From assembly GCA_018238545.1 (NCBI GenBank), contig JABCTC010000006.1:40609-104608 (forward strand): a stretch of DNA of 64,000 nt, in the 5' to 3' direction. The position numbers and the translations under genes are program-made. This DNA comes from Candidatus Heimdallarchaeota archaeon (GTDB lineage: Archaea; Asgardarchaeota; Heimdallarchaeia; Heimdallarchaeales; Heimdallarchaeaceae). This document shows, in pieces, positions 30,470-40,675 of the stretch (the stretch's first letter is position 1; each line of letters starts with the position of its first letter). A model generated the notes under the pieces. The model was not told the DNA's origin. It worked only from the letters and a program-made list of their open reading frames with translations, and ran no database searches.

Positions 30470-31432
30470 GTGAAAAAAATGGATTCGAATAAGACAAAAT
30501 CAAAGAAAATCGATGGCAGATTGTTTGCGCAAGAGTATTTGAATAAAGTGTTAAAACCTCGTTGTGAAACATTTACTGAGATTTATAAAAAACTACCAAA
30601 GTTATCAACCATTCTTGTTGGAGAGAGCCCTGCTTCAGAATCATATTTAAAGCTTAAAGAGAAATTTTTTGCCAAATTATGTGTCGAATCAGAAGTATTT
30701 CGTTTACCTGAAGAAACCACCGAAGAAGAACTTTTAGCATTTATCGATAAACAAAACCTTGATGATCAAATAGATGGAATATTGGTGCAAGTACCTCTTC
30801 CTTCTCACATCGATGAAGATACAATCAGTGAAAGCATTGAACCAAGCAAGGACGTTGAAGGTCTATCTCCAAGTAATGTACATGCTTGGGCTAAAGCTTT
30901 ACCTAACTTAGTTCCAGCAACAGCATTAGGCGTTTTAGCTCTACTAAAATTCTATAAAATTCCAATTGAAGGTAAGCACGCTGTTGTTATTGGAAGAAGC
31001 ATGATTGTAGGCAAACCTGTTACACATCTTTTACTTAAGGAAAATGCTACAGTTACAGTGTGTCATTCAAGATCAAAACCTCTTGAAGAGTTTACAAAAC
31101 AAGCAGATATACTCATTGCTGCAGTAGGATACCCTCATTTAATTAAGAAAGGAATGGTAAAGGATGGAGCCGTTGTAGTAGATGTAGGGATAAATTTTGA
31201 AGATGGCAAAATGATAGGTGATGTAGATCATGATGATCTTTTAGAAACAGCAAGCTATATCTCTCCAGTTCCTGGGGGTAGTGGTCCAGCAACAGTATGT
31301 ATGTTAGCTAGCAATCTATTACTTGCATATGAACTAAAACAGGTTAAGAAAAATGAAGAGAGACTAGAATGTTTAAGGGATTATTATGCAAATTATGACA
31401 CAATAGGCGAGATAGGTTTTTGCATGGAGTAG
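30470..31432 (+). CDS. folD: Methylenetetrahydrofolate dehydrogenase/cyclohydrolase
   Basis: DGILVQVPLP, KDVEG, VIGRSMIVGKP, VVVDVGIN, SPVPGG. Confidence 0.95.
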   Translation: MKKMDSNKTKSKKIDGRLFAQEYLNKVLKPRCETFTEIYKKLPKLSTILVGESPASESYLKLKEKFFAKLCVESEVFRLPEETTEEELLAFIDKQNLDDQIDGILVQVPLPSHIDEDTISESIEPSKDVEGLSPSNVHAWAKALPNLVPATALGVLALLKFYKIPIEGKHAVVIGRSMIVGKPVTHLLLKENATVTVCHSRSKPLEEFTKQADILIAAVGYPHLIKKGMVKDGAVVVDVGINFEDGKMIGDVDHDDLLETASYISPVPGGSGPATVCMLASNLLLAYELKQVKKNEERLECLRDYYANYDTIGEIGFCME

Positions 31433-31505
31433 TAAACAGATTCCATCACTATTTATCCTTTTTCAGAGAAAAAAATTAATAGTTATAATAATATATAGTA
31501 AAACA

Positions 31506-31853
31506 ATGAGCGAAATAACCGAATCAAACTCCTTTGAGATTGAAGAAAGGAAATTTGGGTCAACTTTGACTTCTTTTGAAAATGCAATAGCTTTGTACAT
31601 TTACGAGGAAACTCCACGAATAGGAACTTTTGGTGTTTCGGTTCCCGGTACTTCCATAATGCCTGCTTCAACACTTTACATAACTGGAGCAAAGAATGAA
31701 CATTATGCAAAAATGATGGGTGAGAGATTAGCTACAAAACTTCAAAAATTGGTTCTAATCTCATTGAGTGTGAAAGATATTGATAATAAATTAATCGTAG
31801 AACTTATGCATAAAATTGAAACAACTTTTTTTGACAATAAAAATAAAAATTGA
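31506..31853 (+). CDS. Proteasome assembly chaperone 4 (PAC4/Poc4)-like protein
   Basis: Pattern RIGTFGVSVP...ASTLYITG...AKMMGERLATKLQKLVLISLS resembles the PAC4 fold; 115 aa. Confidence 0.55.
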   Translation: MSEITESNSFEIEERKFGSTLTSFENAIALYIYEETPRIGTFGVSVPGTSIMPASTLYITGAKNEHYAKMMGERLATKLQKLVLISLSVKDIDNKLIVELMHKIETTFFDNKNKN

Positions 31854-31902
31854 ATATTTGATTAAATTAAAAAAGAGGGAAAGGAGGGTAGTAATTTGAT
31901 GA

Positions 31903-33231
31903 TTATTTCAAAATTGATAACCCTGGATAAAGTGGGAACTGCTTTGTAAGTTCAAGAATGGTCTCTCTGACTTTTTCACTTATTTCTGCGTCTCCCTTTG
32001 ATTTAATGACCTTTGATATGCCTTCAGCGATTACTTTCATTTCTGATTCTTTCATTCCTCTTGAAGTTATAGCAGGTGTTCCTAGTCTAAGTCCTGATGG
32101 GTGGAAGGGACTCGAGGGTTCATATGGGACTGTGTTTTTGTTAACTGTTATGCCTGCTTCATCCAAAGCATTTTGAATTGGTCCACCTTTTCCAATCAAA
32201 TCTTCAGGACGTAAATCAATGAGAATCAGATGGTTGTCAGTTCCATTTGTAACTAGTTTTGTATCAAGAGCCATTAATTCATCAGCCAAAGCCTTGGCAT
32301 TCTTGACAATTTGTTTTGCATAATCCTTAAACTCGGGTTTAAGAGCTTCAGCAAATGCAACAGCTCTTGCAGCTGTAGAATGGTCATGTGGTCCCCCTTG
32401 TAATCCAGGAAATACCGCAGAATCTATTAATCTTGCTAAGCTAAATGGCTCTCCAGCTTTTGTTTTTTTCTCAGGATGATGAATCTCATGTAACCTATCT
32501 TCCATTTTACTCATAATAATTGCACCACGGGGTCCTCTAAGACTTTTATGGGTTGTAGTTGTTACAACATCAGCATAAGGAACAGGGCTTTCATGTGCTC
32601 CACCTACAACCAGACCAGAAATGTGCGAAATGTCTGCAAGTTGATAAGCATCGACTTCTTCTGCTATTTCTTGAAATGCTTTGAAATCTATTTTTCTAGG
32701 ATATGCTGTTAAACCAGATATGATCATCTCTGGCTTTTCCTTCTTAGCTAACTCATGAATAACAGCCATATCTAACATTTCTGTCTCTTTATCAACATCA
32801 TAGCTAACACAAGCATAATTTTTACCTGAGAAGTTTACATGACTTCCATGGGTAAGATGACCCCCCGATGTAAGACTGAAACCTAGAAATTTATCTTGAA
32901 GGCTGAGCAAAGCAAAGAAAACTGCTTGATTCGCTGGGGAACCTGAATAGGGTTGAACATTAACATGCTCACAACCAAAGAGTTTCTTGGCGCGTTCTAT
33001 AGCTAATATTTCAACTTCATCAACAATTTCATTTCCACCATAATATCTTTTCTTCGGGTAACCTTCAGAGTATTTATTTGTTAAAACACTGCCCATGGCT
33101 TGAAGAACAGATCGATATGTATAATTTTCAGAAGGAATAAGTTCAATACCTTCTTCTTGACGCTTTAATTCCCTCAGAAGCATATCAGCAACTTCTGGGT
33201 CGGAATTGGCTAAATCATTCATTAGATTCAT
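31903..33231 (-). CDS. glyA: Serine hydroxymethyltransferase (bacterial-type)
   Basis: ELIPSEN, NKYSEGYPKKRYYGG, GGHLTHG, TTTTHKSLRGPRG, SGLRLGTPA. Confidence 0.98.
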   Translation of the reverse strand: MNLMNDLANSDPEVADMLLRELKRQEEGIELIPSENYTYRSVLQAMGSVLTNKYSEGYPKKRYYGGNEIVDEVEILAIERAKKLFGCEHVNVQPYSGSPANQAVFFALLSLQDKFLGFSLTSGGHLTHGSHVNFSGKNYACVSYDVDKETEMLDMAVIHELAKKEKPEMIISGLTAYPRKIDFKAFQEIAEEVDAYQLADISHISGLVVGGAHESPVPYADVVTTTTHKSLRGPRGAIIMSKMEDRLHEIHHPEKKTKAGEPFSLARLIDSAVFPGLQGGPHDHSTAARAVAFAEALKPEFKDYAKQIVKNAKALADELMALDTKLVTNGTDNHLILIDLRPEDLIGKGGPIQNALDEAGITVNKNTVPYEPSSPFHPSGLRLGTPAITSRGMKESEMKVIAEGISKVIKSKGDAEISEKVRETILELTKQFPLYPGLSILK

Positions 33232-33309
33232 ATGTAATCCTCAAAAGAATACAAATTGATTTCTTTAAATATTTTTTCAAATACACCATTACGCAAAACA
33301 ATGATCTGC

Positions 33310-33351
33310 AAAATCTTACCACATAAATTATTTAATGTGTGGTAAGATTTT
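33310..33351. repeat. Perfect 14-bp inverted repeat (hairpin or operator)
   Basis: AAAATCTTACCACA-N14-TGTGGTAAGATTTT between the UbiD-family stop and the glyA promoter. Confidence 0.8.
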
Positions 33352-33417
33352 TGTTATCCTTTTCTCGTTTTTAAAAAAAAGGAAATGCTATGAAATAACA
33401 ATAAGATTTAGGGAAAA

Positions 33418-34716
33418 TCAGTGATCAAAAGGCATGACTCTTTCGTATCCATTTTTATCTTTCTTCTTTGTTGCATCAATTATTATCTTGATTGAAGTGT
33501 TATCATCTCTATTCCGTGAAGGATCAAGAGAAGACCCCCTCATTTTTTCAAGCAAGGTGATATCGTTGGTTCCTGCTCTAGTAACCCTTGCCCATTCAAC
33601 AGCTGTACTATTGTGTATGTCTATGTCTTTATCCACAACTGTACACCATTTTAATGAGGGGTGTGCTTCAAAAGCTGTCAAACCTACCTCTCTAGCATCC
33701 CCATCATTTTTAGTTGATACAGAGATAACACAATTTAACCATCCACATCCACTGGGTGTTAAAGAAACTCCATGTACTTTAGAAACAATTTTACTTACTT
33801 TGTTATGGATTTCTGCTTCCCTTGGAAAACCCATAAGGATGAAATGTTCTTCATATGCAGGTAAAATAGTCTGAAAGATTGGTTCATCACGATACAACAT
33901 GTCCTCAAATTGAACTATCGGCTGAATTCGGATATCATCATAGGTGCCAGTAATGTCAACAAAAGGTCCTTCTCTCATCTCTTCGTTTGCAAGGATTTTC
34001 CCTTCTAAAATAAATTCAACATCAGAGGGAACAGCAATGTTATGACGGGGTGTTTTAATTGTTGAAAGTTTACCTCTCATCAGTGAGTTAGCTACAGCTA
34101 GTTCTGATTGCTTTAGAGGAGTAGGAGAAGAAGCTGCTAAAGCTAGAATAGGATGATAACCATTTACAACAGCAATTGGTGTATCTAAACCATTCTTCTT
34201 ATTTTCTTGAAAGATTTTATTTAAATCCCTGGGAACAATTCGTATAGTTCCTCTCTGATCATCAAGGATCATAATCCGATGAATACTCATGTTGGGAGTG
34301 TCAGTTCCAGGAAATTTAGCGAAAACGATACATGATGAAAGGTATCTGCCCCCATCGCCAGGAAAGAATTTCGGGATAGGTAGATGTGAGAAATTTACTC
34401 GTTTTTTGTTAGAAAAAGTGAGACTAGTCTCAGTTTTGGATGGTTTTGTAGGATTGAGAAGTGCTTGCTGAAAGAAATTATAGTAGTTCTCCTTTTTGTT
34501 TAAAACGAGTTTAAGCTGTTCACGAGACGAAAGACTATTTCCTAATAGCGGAAAATGAGAACCTTCTACATTATAAAACATAACAGCTTTATCCTTATTT
34601 GTTTGTAGATGTTCAGTAACGCCATATTCAAATTTAACTTCATCATGAACCTCAATTATTAAATTAGATTCCTTGAGTGTCTCCATGTAGTGTCTTAAAC
34701 TCATAATTTGTAGCAT
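33418..34716 (-). CDS. UbiD-family (prFMN) decarboxylase, possibly the archaeal mevalonate-pathway enzyme
   Basis: NMSIHRIM, EGPFVDITGTYD, EEHFILMG, GCGWLN, VVDKDIDI, GSSLDPS. Confidence 0.9.
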   Translation of the reverse strand: MLQIMSLRHYMETLKESNLIIEVHDEVKFEYGVTEHLQTNKDKAVMFYNVEGSHFPLLGNSLSSREQLKLVLNKKENYYNFFQQALLNPTKPSKTETSLTFSNKKRVNFSHLPIPKFFPGDGGRYLSSCIVFAKFPGTDTPNMSIHRIMILDDQRGTIRIVPRDLNKIFQENKKNGLDTPIAVVNGYHPILALAASSPTPLKQSELAVANSLMRGKLSTIKTPRHNIAVPSDVEFILEGKILANEEMREGPFVDITGTYDDIRIQPIVQFEDMLYRDEPIFQTILPAYEEHFILMGFPREAEIHNKVSKIVSKVHGVSLTPSGCGWLNCVISVSTKNDGDAREVGLTAFEAHPSLKWCTVVDKDIDIHNSTAVEWARVTRAGTNDITLLEKMRGSSLDPSRNRDDNTSIKIIIDATKKKDKNGYERVMPFDH

Positions 34717-34796
34717 CCTCTGAATACAAAAGACATAAGATACAATGATTTAAATATCTTGTTAGAAAGAAATCGATAGAAAAATCAGTCTTCCTC

Positions 34797-34881
34797 GCGG
34801 GGATTGCCGAGTGGTCAAAGGCGCTAGATTCAGGTTCTAGTCTTTAGTAGTTCGGGAGTTCGACTCTCCCTCCCCGCACCA
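34797..34881 (+). tRNA. tRNA-Leu(CAG), CCA encoded
   Basis: Acceptor GCGGGGA/TCCCCGC, CTAGA-TT-CAG-GT-TCTAG, long variable arm, ACCA. Confidence 0.96.
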
Positions 34882-34920
34882 AATTGATAATTAATTTTAT
34901 CAATAACATAGGTGTAAGTT

Positions 34921-35415
34921 ATGAAAATAGGAATCATGAGTGATAGTCATGATCATCGATCAAATATAAGGAAAGCTCTGGATATTTTTGAAAAAAAGGA
35001 AATAGAAACAATTATCCATGCTGGAGATTTAGTTTCCCCATTTTGTGTAAAAATGTTTGAAGAATACAAAGGTAAATTCTATCTCTGTTCAGGGAACAAT
35101 AAAGGTGATACAGCTGTCATATCTAAGATGATGAAAGAAGTAGGATTCTTTTATCTAGAAATAGGTGAATTCATTTTGGATGAGCAGAAATTTGCTCTCT
35201 ATCATGGCACAGAAAAACTCGTACTTAATTCATTAATTTATTCAAAAGATCCTTATGACTATGTAATAACGGGACATACTCATAAGAAACTTCTAAGGAA
35301 AGTTGGGAAAACCCTTGTAATAAATCCCGGGGAAACTTATGATTTATTTGATCATCCAACAGTGGTAGTTCTTGATACAAAAACACGTAAAGTTGAGTTT
35401 CACTCACTAGATTAG
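34921..35415 (+). CDS. YfcE/MJ0936-family metallophosphoesterase
   Basis: SDSHD, HAGD, GNN, YHG, GHTH, INPG. Confidence 0.93.
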   Translation: MKIGIMSDSHDHRSNIRKALDIFEKKEIETIIHAGDLVSPFCVKMFEEYKGKFYLCSGNNKGDTAVISKMMKEVGFFYLEIGEFILDEQKFALYHGTEKLVLNSLIYSKDPYDYVITGHTHKKLLRKVGKTLVINPGETYDLFDHPTVVVLDTKTRKVEFHSLD

Positions 35416-35424
35416 GGGAAAGAA

Positions 35425-36612
35425 TTGACACACACTCATTCTAATTCTAATAAAAGTGTTATCCGGAAAGAGTTTAGAGAATATGTTGAAACACTCTTTG
35501 GCGATATTTTAGCTAAGGACTATTTTGAAAAAATATCTACACCAATGGAGGAATACACACTTCATATCTTTCAAAAATATGAGCTGATAGAGAGAATAGA
35601 AGATAATCTCAGACAGATTGGGTACGAAGCCAAAGTGCATAATGAATTTCCCAATATAATCATAACGAAACCAAAAGGACAATTTACTTTAGAATTTGAA
35701 GAAAATATGAAAGAAATGATAGTTGATAACCGTGCAGCAGAGATGATTTATCAAGGATCAGATATTTTCATTCCAGGAGTCAAAAGAGCAAACAAAGTAA
35801 AAGTTAATGATATTGTTAAGGTAATTAATCAAGAAAAAAACCCTGTGGCAAAGGCTCAAGCTTTACTAAATCATCACGATATGCTTGTTAAAGGGAAAGG
35901 AGTTGCAGCAAGAAACCTATTATCTCCATTTAAGGTACCAAATCTTCAAGAAGTAGGATTAGATGATTTTCCTGCATACTTTCAAAGCTTACCCGCTTAT
36001 TTAACAAGCATAAATTTGGAACCAGAACCCAATGAGAAGATTCTTGATTGTTGTGCAGCCCCTGGTAATAAAACAATTCATCTTAATGAACTATCAAAGA
36101 ATAAGGCAACGATAATTGCAGTTGACAAATCAAAGAATAGAATGCAAAAACTGAACAAAAAAATAGCGAAGTACAGATTAAAAAACATTCAAACCAAAGT
36201 AGGCGATATAGTAAAACTAAGTAAGAGTTGGAGTGTGAAATTTGATAAAATACTCATTGATCCCCCTTGTTCTTCCCTTGGATTAAGACCTCGTTTGGTT
36301 CACAATGTTGATGTTAAACTAATAAAATCAATAGCAAAGTATCAAAAAGCTATATTATTTGCCTGTGATAAATTGCTAAAAAATAACGGTACAATTATTT
36401 ATTCAACCTGTACAATTACAAAAGAAGAAAATGAAGAAATTATACACCATGCTACTGAAAATATGAATTATAGAGTTGTTAAACAAAATTTTGTTTTTTC
36501 AAAAACAAACATATCAATTGATAATTTCGTTTTTCCTGTTCAACGATTTACCCCTGGAATAGATCATACTTTGGGTTACTTCATAGCAAAACTTCAAAAA
36601 TTAAAGAGTTAA
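35425..36612 (+). CDS. PUA-domain RNA m5C methyltransferase (NSUN6-like)
   Basis: PUA (AEMIYQGSDIFIPGV), LDCCAAPGNKT, DPPCSSLGLRP, YSTCT. Confidence 0.9.
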   Translation: MTHTHSNSNKSVIRKEFREYVETLFGDILAKDYFEKISTPMEEYTLHIFQKYELIERIEDNLRQIGYEAKVHNEFPNIIITKPKGQFTLEFEENMKEMIVDNRAAEMIYQGSDIFIPGVKRANKVKVNDIVKVINQEKNPVAKAQALLNHHDMLVKGKGVAARNLLSPFKVPNLQEVGLDDFPAYFQSLPAYLTSINLEPEPNEKILDCCAAPGNKTIHLNELSKNKATIIAVDKSKNRMQKLNKKIAKYRLKNIQTKVGDIVKLSKSWSVKFDKILIDPPCSSLGLRPRLVHNVDVKLIKSIAKYQKAILFACDKLLKNNGTIIYSTCTITKEENEEIIHHATENMNYRVVKQNFVFSKTNISIDNFVFPVQRFTPGIDHTLGYFIAKLQKLKS

Positions 36613-36659
36613 AACCGAACTTTTTTTAATGATTGTTTTTTCTTTTGAATTGATGCCTA

Positions 36660-37508
36660 TTGGTTTCTAAAGATTCTTGTATTCTGATAACGAGTTCAAG
36701 CCAGGAAAAAGTAAAAAAAATTGCTCTTTCAGCATATGATAGATTAAAAGAAAGAGGTTTCAATGTTTTTCTTGATTCTTTTCTTGCTGAAAGGGTGGTT
36801 GATATTGAACCAATTTGTTCAGAAATGACAGTTGAACTTATTTTGGTTTATGGAGGGGATGGAACCATATTAAAGACCTTCAAGAATTGGAAAAACATTC
36901 CGATTTTAGGTGTTAATTGTGGACGAGTTGGATTTCTTAGTGAAATAAAACCTGAAGAGTTAGATGAAGCATTAGACAGAATAGAACAAAATGATTTTTT
37001 CACAGAATACTATTTTGCTTTGGCTGTTTCAACAGATGCTTTTTCAACAATCTCTGCTGCAAATGATGTTGTTGTTACTTCAGATAAAATAGGTCAAATT
37101 ATCTCTCTTAAGGTTCAGGTGAATGATAAGTATCTATACTCAGTAAACGGAGATGGACTTGTTGTTTCTACATGTGTAGGATCTAGTGCATACTCCCTTT
37201 CAGCTGGTGGGGCTTTAATAATGCCAAATGTTGAAGTTTTTAATCTAGTACCTATCTGTCCTTTTTCTAGACGAATTGTGCCCCTAGTTATTTCATCAGA
37301 TGTTAAGCTCACTATAACAAATTTGAGCGATTATAGAGCGGGTCATGTAGTAGTTGATGGTGCAACTTATTACAGCCTTGGACATGGTGAATCTATAACT
37401 GTTCAAAAATCAACTGACAAGATTGGCTTCTTAAGGTTTTCAGATAATTATGTAGAGCGTGTAAAAAACAAACTGCTAAAATACGATCCCGATGATTTTA
37501 ATGAGTAA
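36660..37508 (+). CDS. nadK: NAD(+) kinase
   Basis: GGDGT, GRVGFL, AND, GDGLVVST, SSAYSLSAGG. Confidence 0.94.
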   Translation: MVSKDSCILITSSSQEKVKKIALSAYDRLKERGFNVFLDSFLAERVVDIEPICSEMTVELILVYGGDGTILKTFKNWKNIPILGVNCGRVGFLSEIKPEELDEALDRIEQNDFFTEYYFALAVSTDAFSTISAANDVVVTSDKIGQIISLKVQVNDKYLYSVNGDGLVVSTCVGSSAYSLSAGGALIMPNVEVFNLVPICPFSRRIVPLVISSDVKLTITNLSDYRAGHVVVDGATYYSLGHGESITVQKSTDKIGFLRFSDNYVERVKNKLLKYDPDDFNE

Positions 37509-38025
37509 GGAAAAGCAAGAAAGAAGAACTTACATAATTGATTCTACTGCAATTATGCATTTTTTTCCAAACGATAAATTTGTAAATGAGGATTCTTATC
37601 TTGTAATCCCTGACATTCTCAGATCTGAAATAAAATCTTTTCAAGCTAAAGCAGTATTAGAAGTAATGGCTGCTGATAAGCGTCTTACTTATACTTCACC
37701 TTCAGAACGTTCTCTAAACAAAGTAAAAGAAGAAGCTAAATCATCAGGAGACATTTCCTCCTTGTCGAAAGCAGATATTCATATTATTGCTACTGCACTT
37801 GATTTCCCTGGGTCTCATGTTATAAGTGATGATAATGCCGTTCAGAATTTATGCTCTTTCCTGGGAATAAAAGTTGAAACATTTCTCTTTAAGATTAAAA
37901 CTAGAAGAGTTTATTTCTGGAAGTGTATTGGTTGTAGTAGCTCATTCAAAGAAAAAATTGACGTGTGTCCTGAGTGCGGCAATAAATTAAAACGATTTTA
38001 TAAGAAAAAGAAAATCAAAGGTTAA
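37501..38025 (+). CDS. nob1: Nob1 PIN-domain endonuclease with Zn ribbon
   Basis: IIDSTA, LSKADIHII, SDDNAVQN, CIGC...CPECG. Confidence 0.9.
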   Translation: MSKEKQERRTYIIDSTAIMHFFPNDKFVNEDSYLVIPDILRSEIKSFQAKAVLEVMAADKRLTYTSPSERSLNKVKEEAKSSGDISSLSKADIHIIATALDFPGSHVISDDNAVQNLCSFLGIKVETFLFKIKTRRVYFWKCIGCSSSFKEKIDVCPECGNKLKRFYKKKKIKG

Positions 38026-38045
38026 TATCTTGAAGATTAGTATCT

Positions 38046-39158
38046 CTACAGGATAGATTCTAATATTTCAACAATTGCCATAATAAACTTATCATTAATC
38101 TCTGAATTTCCTAGAGTTACCAAAAAAGATTTTTCGCTATCTTTGAATGGTGGATATTTCTCGAATGTTTGAATAATTATACCCTTACTACATAGTTGTT
38201 CATATAATTCCTTAATGTTTTTCTTAAATTGAATTAGGAGAAAGTTTGTATCGCTTCTATGAACTTTAAGTCCATTCAACATACGAAGATGTTCTATAAC
38301 TCTTTTACGTTCGGTAATGAAATTATTAATTAATTCAACAAACCTGTAGGGTGCTTGAAGTATATAATTTGTTGCTAAAAGATGAATTGGTGGAATTTCT
38401 TCTATAATATAATTCTCCTTTAAAACATCAATATTAATTGCATTTGAAACCAGAAAGGCAGAAGAAAATGCTCCTAACCCCCAAGCTTTTGAAAAAGATC
38501 TAACAACAGTTAAATTATCGAAATTTTGCACTTGATTTACTAATGAATATTTACCAAATTCAACATAGGATTCATCTACAATTATAGGAATCTCTGTTTC
38601 CCTAGCCAATGTCAGAACATCTTCTTCCTTCAGCTGATTTGCAGTTGGATAATGGGGAGAAGAGAACACCATTGCTTTTGAATCTTCGTTTTTTATTTGT
38701 TCCAAGATGAGATTGATATCAAGTTCATAATTTGATGTTAATTCTGCCGTAAAAATGTTCAATTGTTGATTTTTGGCAATTTGGTAATAGATGTCCTTAT
38801 CTGGAACAATTAAAGAAATAGCGTCATTAGGTTTTGTGGCAACTCTAACAGCTCTTTGAATTAATTGGTTATGTGTTAAACCCGGATAAATAGAAGAGAT
38901 TTCAGCACTCACAAATCTAGATATTTCTTCAATTAGAGAAAAATAGTCGAGTGGATACTGTTTTCGTGGATCTATTGATTGAATCTCTTTAATTATAATT
39001 TTTTGAATTAAATTAGGTGGTATGAATAAATTATCACCCATACTTAAATCAATTATCTGATCTAGTGAAAGATTATATTTCTCTGCAACTTCTTGACGAG
39101 TTAATAACCGATCTAGAGCATATTTTATTTCTGAGATTCTATTAGACAGATGATTCAC
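38046..39158 (-). CDS. HisC/CobD-like class I/II PLP-dependent enzyme (divergent)
   Basis: SPHYPTA, VDESYVEF, RSFSKAWGL, SDTNFLL. Confidence 0.85.
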   Translation of the reverse strand: MNHLSNRISEIKYALDRLLTRQEVAEKYNLSLDQIIDLSMGDNLFIPPNLIQKIIIKEIQSIDPRKQYPLDYFSLIEEISRFVSAEISSIYPGLTHNQLIQRAVRVATKPNDAISLIVPDKDIYYQIAKNQQLNIFTAELTSNYELDINLILEQIKNEDSKAMVFSSPHYPTANQLKEEDVLTLARETEIPIIVDESYVEFGKYSLVNQVQNFDNLTVVRSFSKAWGLGAFSSAFLVSNAINIDVLKENYIIEEIPPIHLLATNYILQAPYRFVELINNFITERKRVIEHLRMLNGLKVHRSDTNFLLIQFKKNIKELYEQLCSKGIIIQTFEKYPPFKDSEKSFLVTLGNSEINDKFIMAIVEILESIL

Positions 39159-39356
39159 CCACTTAAGATGGAATTAATACTGTATCAAGCTTAAATTAAA
39201 AAAACCTATTGGTTAGATGAACGTCCACATAAAATCTGTCATTTTCTACTTCTTTTGAAATATAGTTACACAAAAAACAAATAAAGGGTCAACACTAAAG
39301 AGACACACTGAAAATGTATTAGAGAAAATAAACCTCTGTTATTAAAGGTGGAATAA

Positions 39357-40247
39357 ATGGTTCACAAATTTACTGTTGAGTTTCCGGAAAGAATATGGAA
39401 TGCAATCAAAGATAAGAAGGGACAAGGCTCAATTAAGGATTTCCTAATCAAACTTATCGAAAAGGAATTTGAGCTTAGAAAAATCAAAGCCTTCATTCTA
39501 GCAGGAGGGGAAGGGGCAAGATTAAAACCTTTGACAGAGGCAATTCCAAAAGCAATGATCCCTGTTGGATACAAACCTCTTCTCGAGTATAACTTGGAGT
39601 TAATATCAAATAGCGGGATAACTGATGTTGTTCTTTTAATTGGAAAATTGGGAGATAGAATAATGAAACATTTTGGGCAAAATTGGAATGGACTAGATAT
39701 AAGTTATGTAAGTGAATCTACCATGTTGGATACTGCTGGTGCAATCCACAACGCAAAAAATTTAGTTTCAGGAACTTTTCTTGTTATGAATTCTGATATT
39801 CTTACAGATATCAATTTATCACATATTATTGATTTCCACAAGAATCAAAGAAAAGAAAAAATTGCCACTATATGTGGAGTGGGCGTGAGCGATTATTATC
39901 AATTGATGGGAAAGACTAGTGATAAGGGAATCTTTGCAGATTATGGTGTATTCTACATGGATGACCAAATAAATAATAGAATCACCAAATTTGAGGAATC
40001 CCCAACTAAAGCCCAGCAAAGTGGCTATATTAATACAGGAATATATGTTTTTGAACCTGATATAATGGATTATTTGGTTGATTCTGAAGGTAAATCCATT
40101 TCAAGCGATATTCTTCCCGCTCTAATTAAAGATGAAAAATTACAGGGATATATATGCCCAAAAAACGTTTTCTGGATTGATGTAGCCCATCCAGTTCGTT
40201 GGAGTAAAGCTTGGGACGTTCTATTTTCTGGTGCATTGGAAGTTTAA
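39357..40247 (+). CDS. Sugar-phosphate nucleotidyltransferase with N-terminal ribbon-helix-helix-like extension
   Basis: ILAGGEGARLKPLT, PKAM, DTAGA, VMNSD, INTGIYVF; N-terminal KFTVEFPERIW...SIKDFLIKLIE. Confidence 0.88.
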   Translation: MVHKFTVEFPERIWNAIKDKKGQGSIKDFLIKLIEKEFELRKIKAFILAGGEGARLKPLTEAIPKAMIPVGYKPLLEYNLELISNSGITDVVLLIGKLGDRIMKHFGQNWNGLDISYVSESTMLDTAGAIHNAKNLVSGTFLVMNSDILTDINLSHIIDFHKNQRKEKIATICGVGVSDYYQLMGKTSDKGIFADYGVFYMDDQINNRITKFEESPTKAQQSGYINTGIYVFEPDIMDYLVDSEGKSISSDILPALIKDEKLQGYICPKNVFWIDVAHPVRWSKAWDVLFSGALEV

Positions 40248-40372
40248 CTCGAACATATTAGCATCTTGTTATTAACTATATTTTTAGTATCTGAAAAATT
40301 ATTCTCAAAAGTAAAAATCTTTAATAATTTGGGTATTGAAACAGCACCAAGTAGATATACTGGTGACAATTA

Positions 40373-40675
40373 ATGGATTTGAACAGAAGCATCAAAATAG
40401 CTGTAGATACTGGGAAAATTTCCTATGGTGTAGACTCAGCTAAAAAGGCTCTATTAAATAAACAAGCTAAGTTAGTTATAATCGCAAAGAACATTCCAGG
40501 TGACTTAAGAGAGGATATCACAAGATATGCATCTCTATCTGAAGTACCCGTTCTCGAATATTCAGGTTCCTCACTTGATCTTGGAGGAATATGTGGAAGA
40601 CCGCATTTTATTGCAGCAATGACAGTATTTGAGTTTGGTGACAGCGATATTCTAAAAGCAGTTGAGAAAAAATAA
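40373..40675 (+). CDS. rpl30e: 50S ribosomal protein L30e
   Basis: AVDTGK, DLGGICGRPH, GDSDIL. Confidence 0.96.
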   Translation: MDLNRSIKIAVDTGKISYGVDSAKKALLNKQAKLVIIAKNIPGDLREDITRYASLSEVPVLEYSGSSLDLGGICGRPHFIAAMTVFEFGDSDILKAVEKK

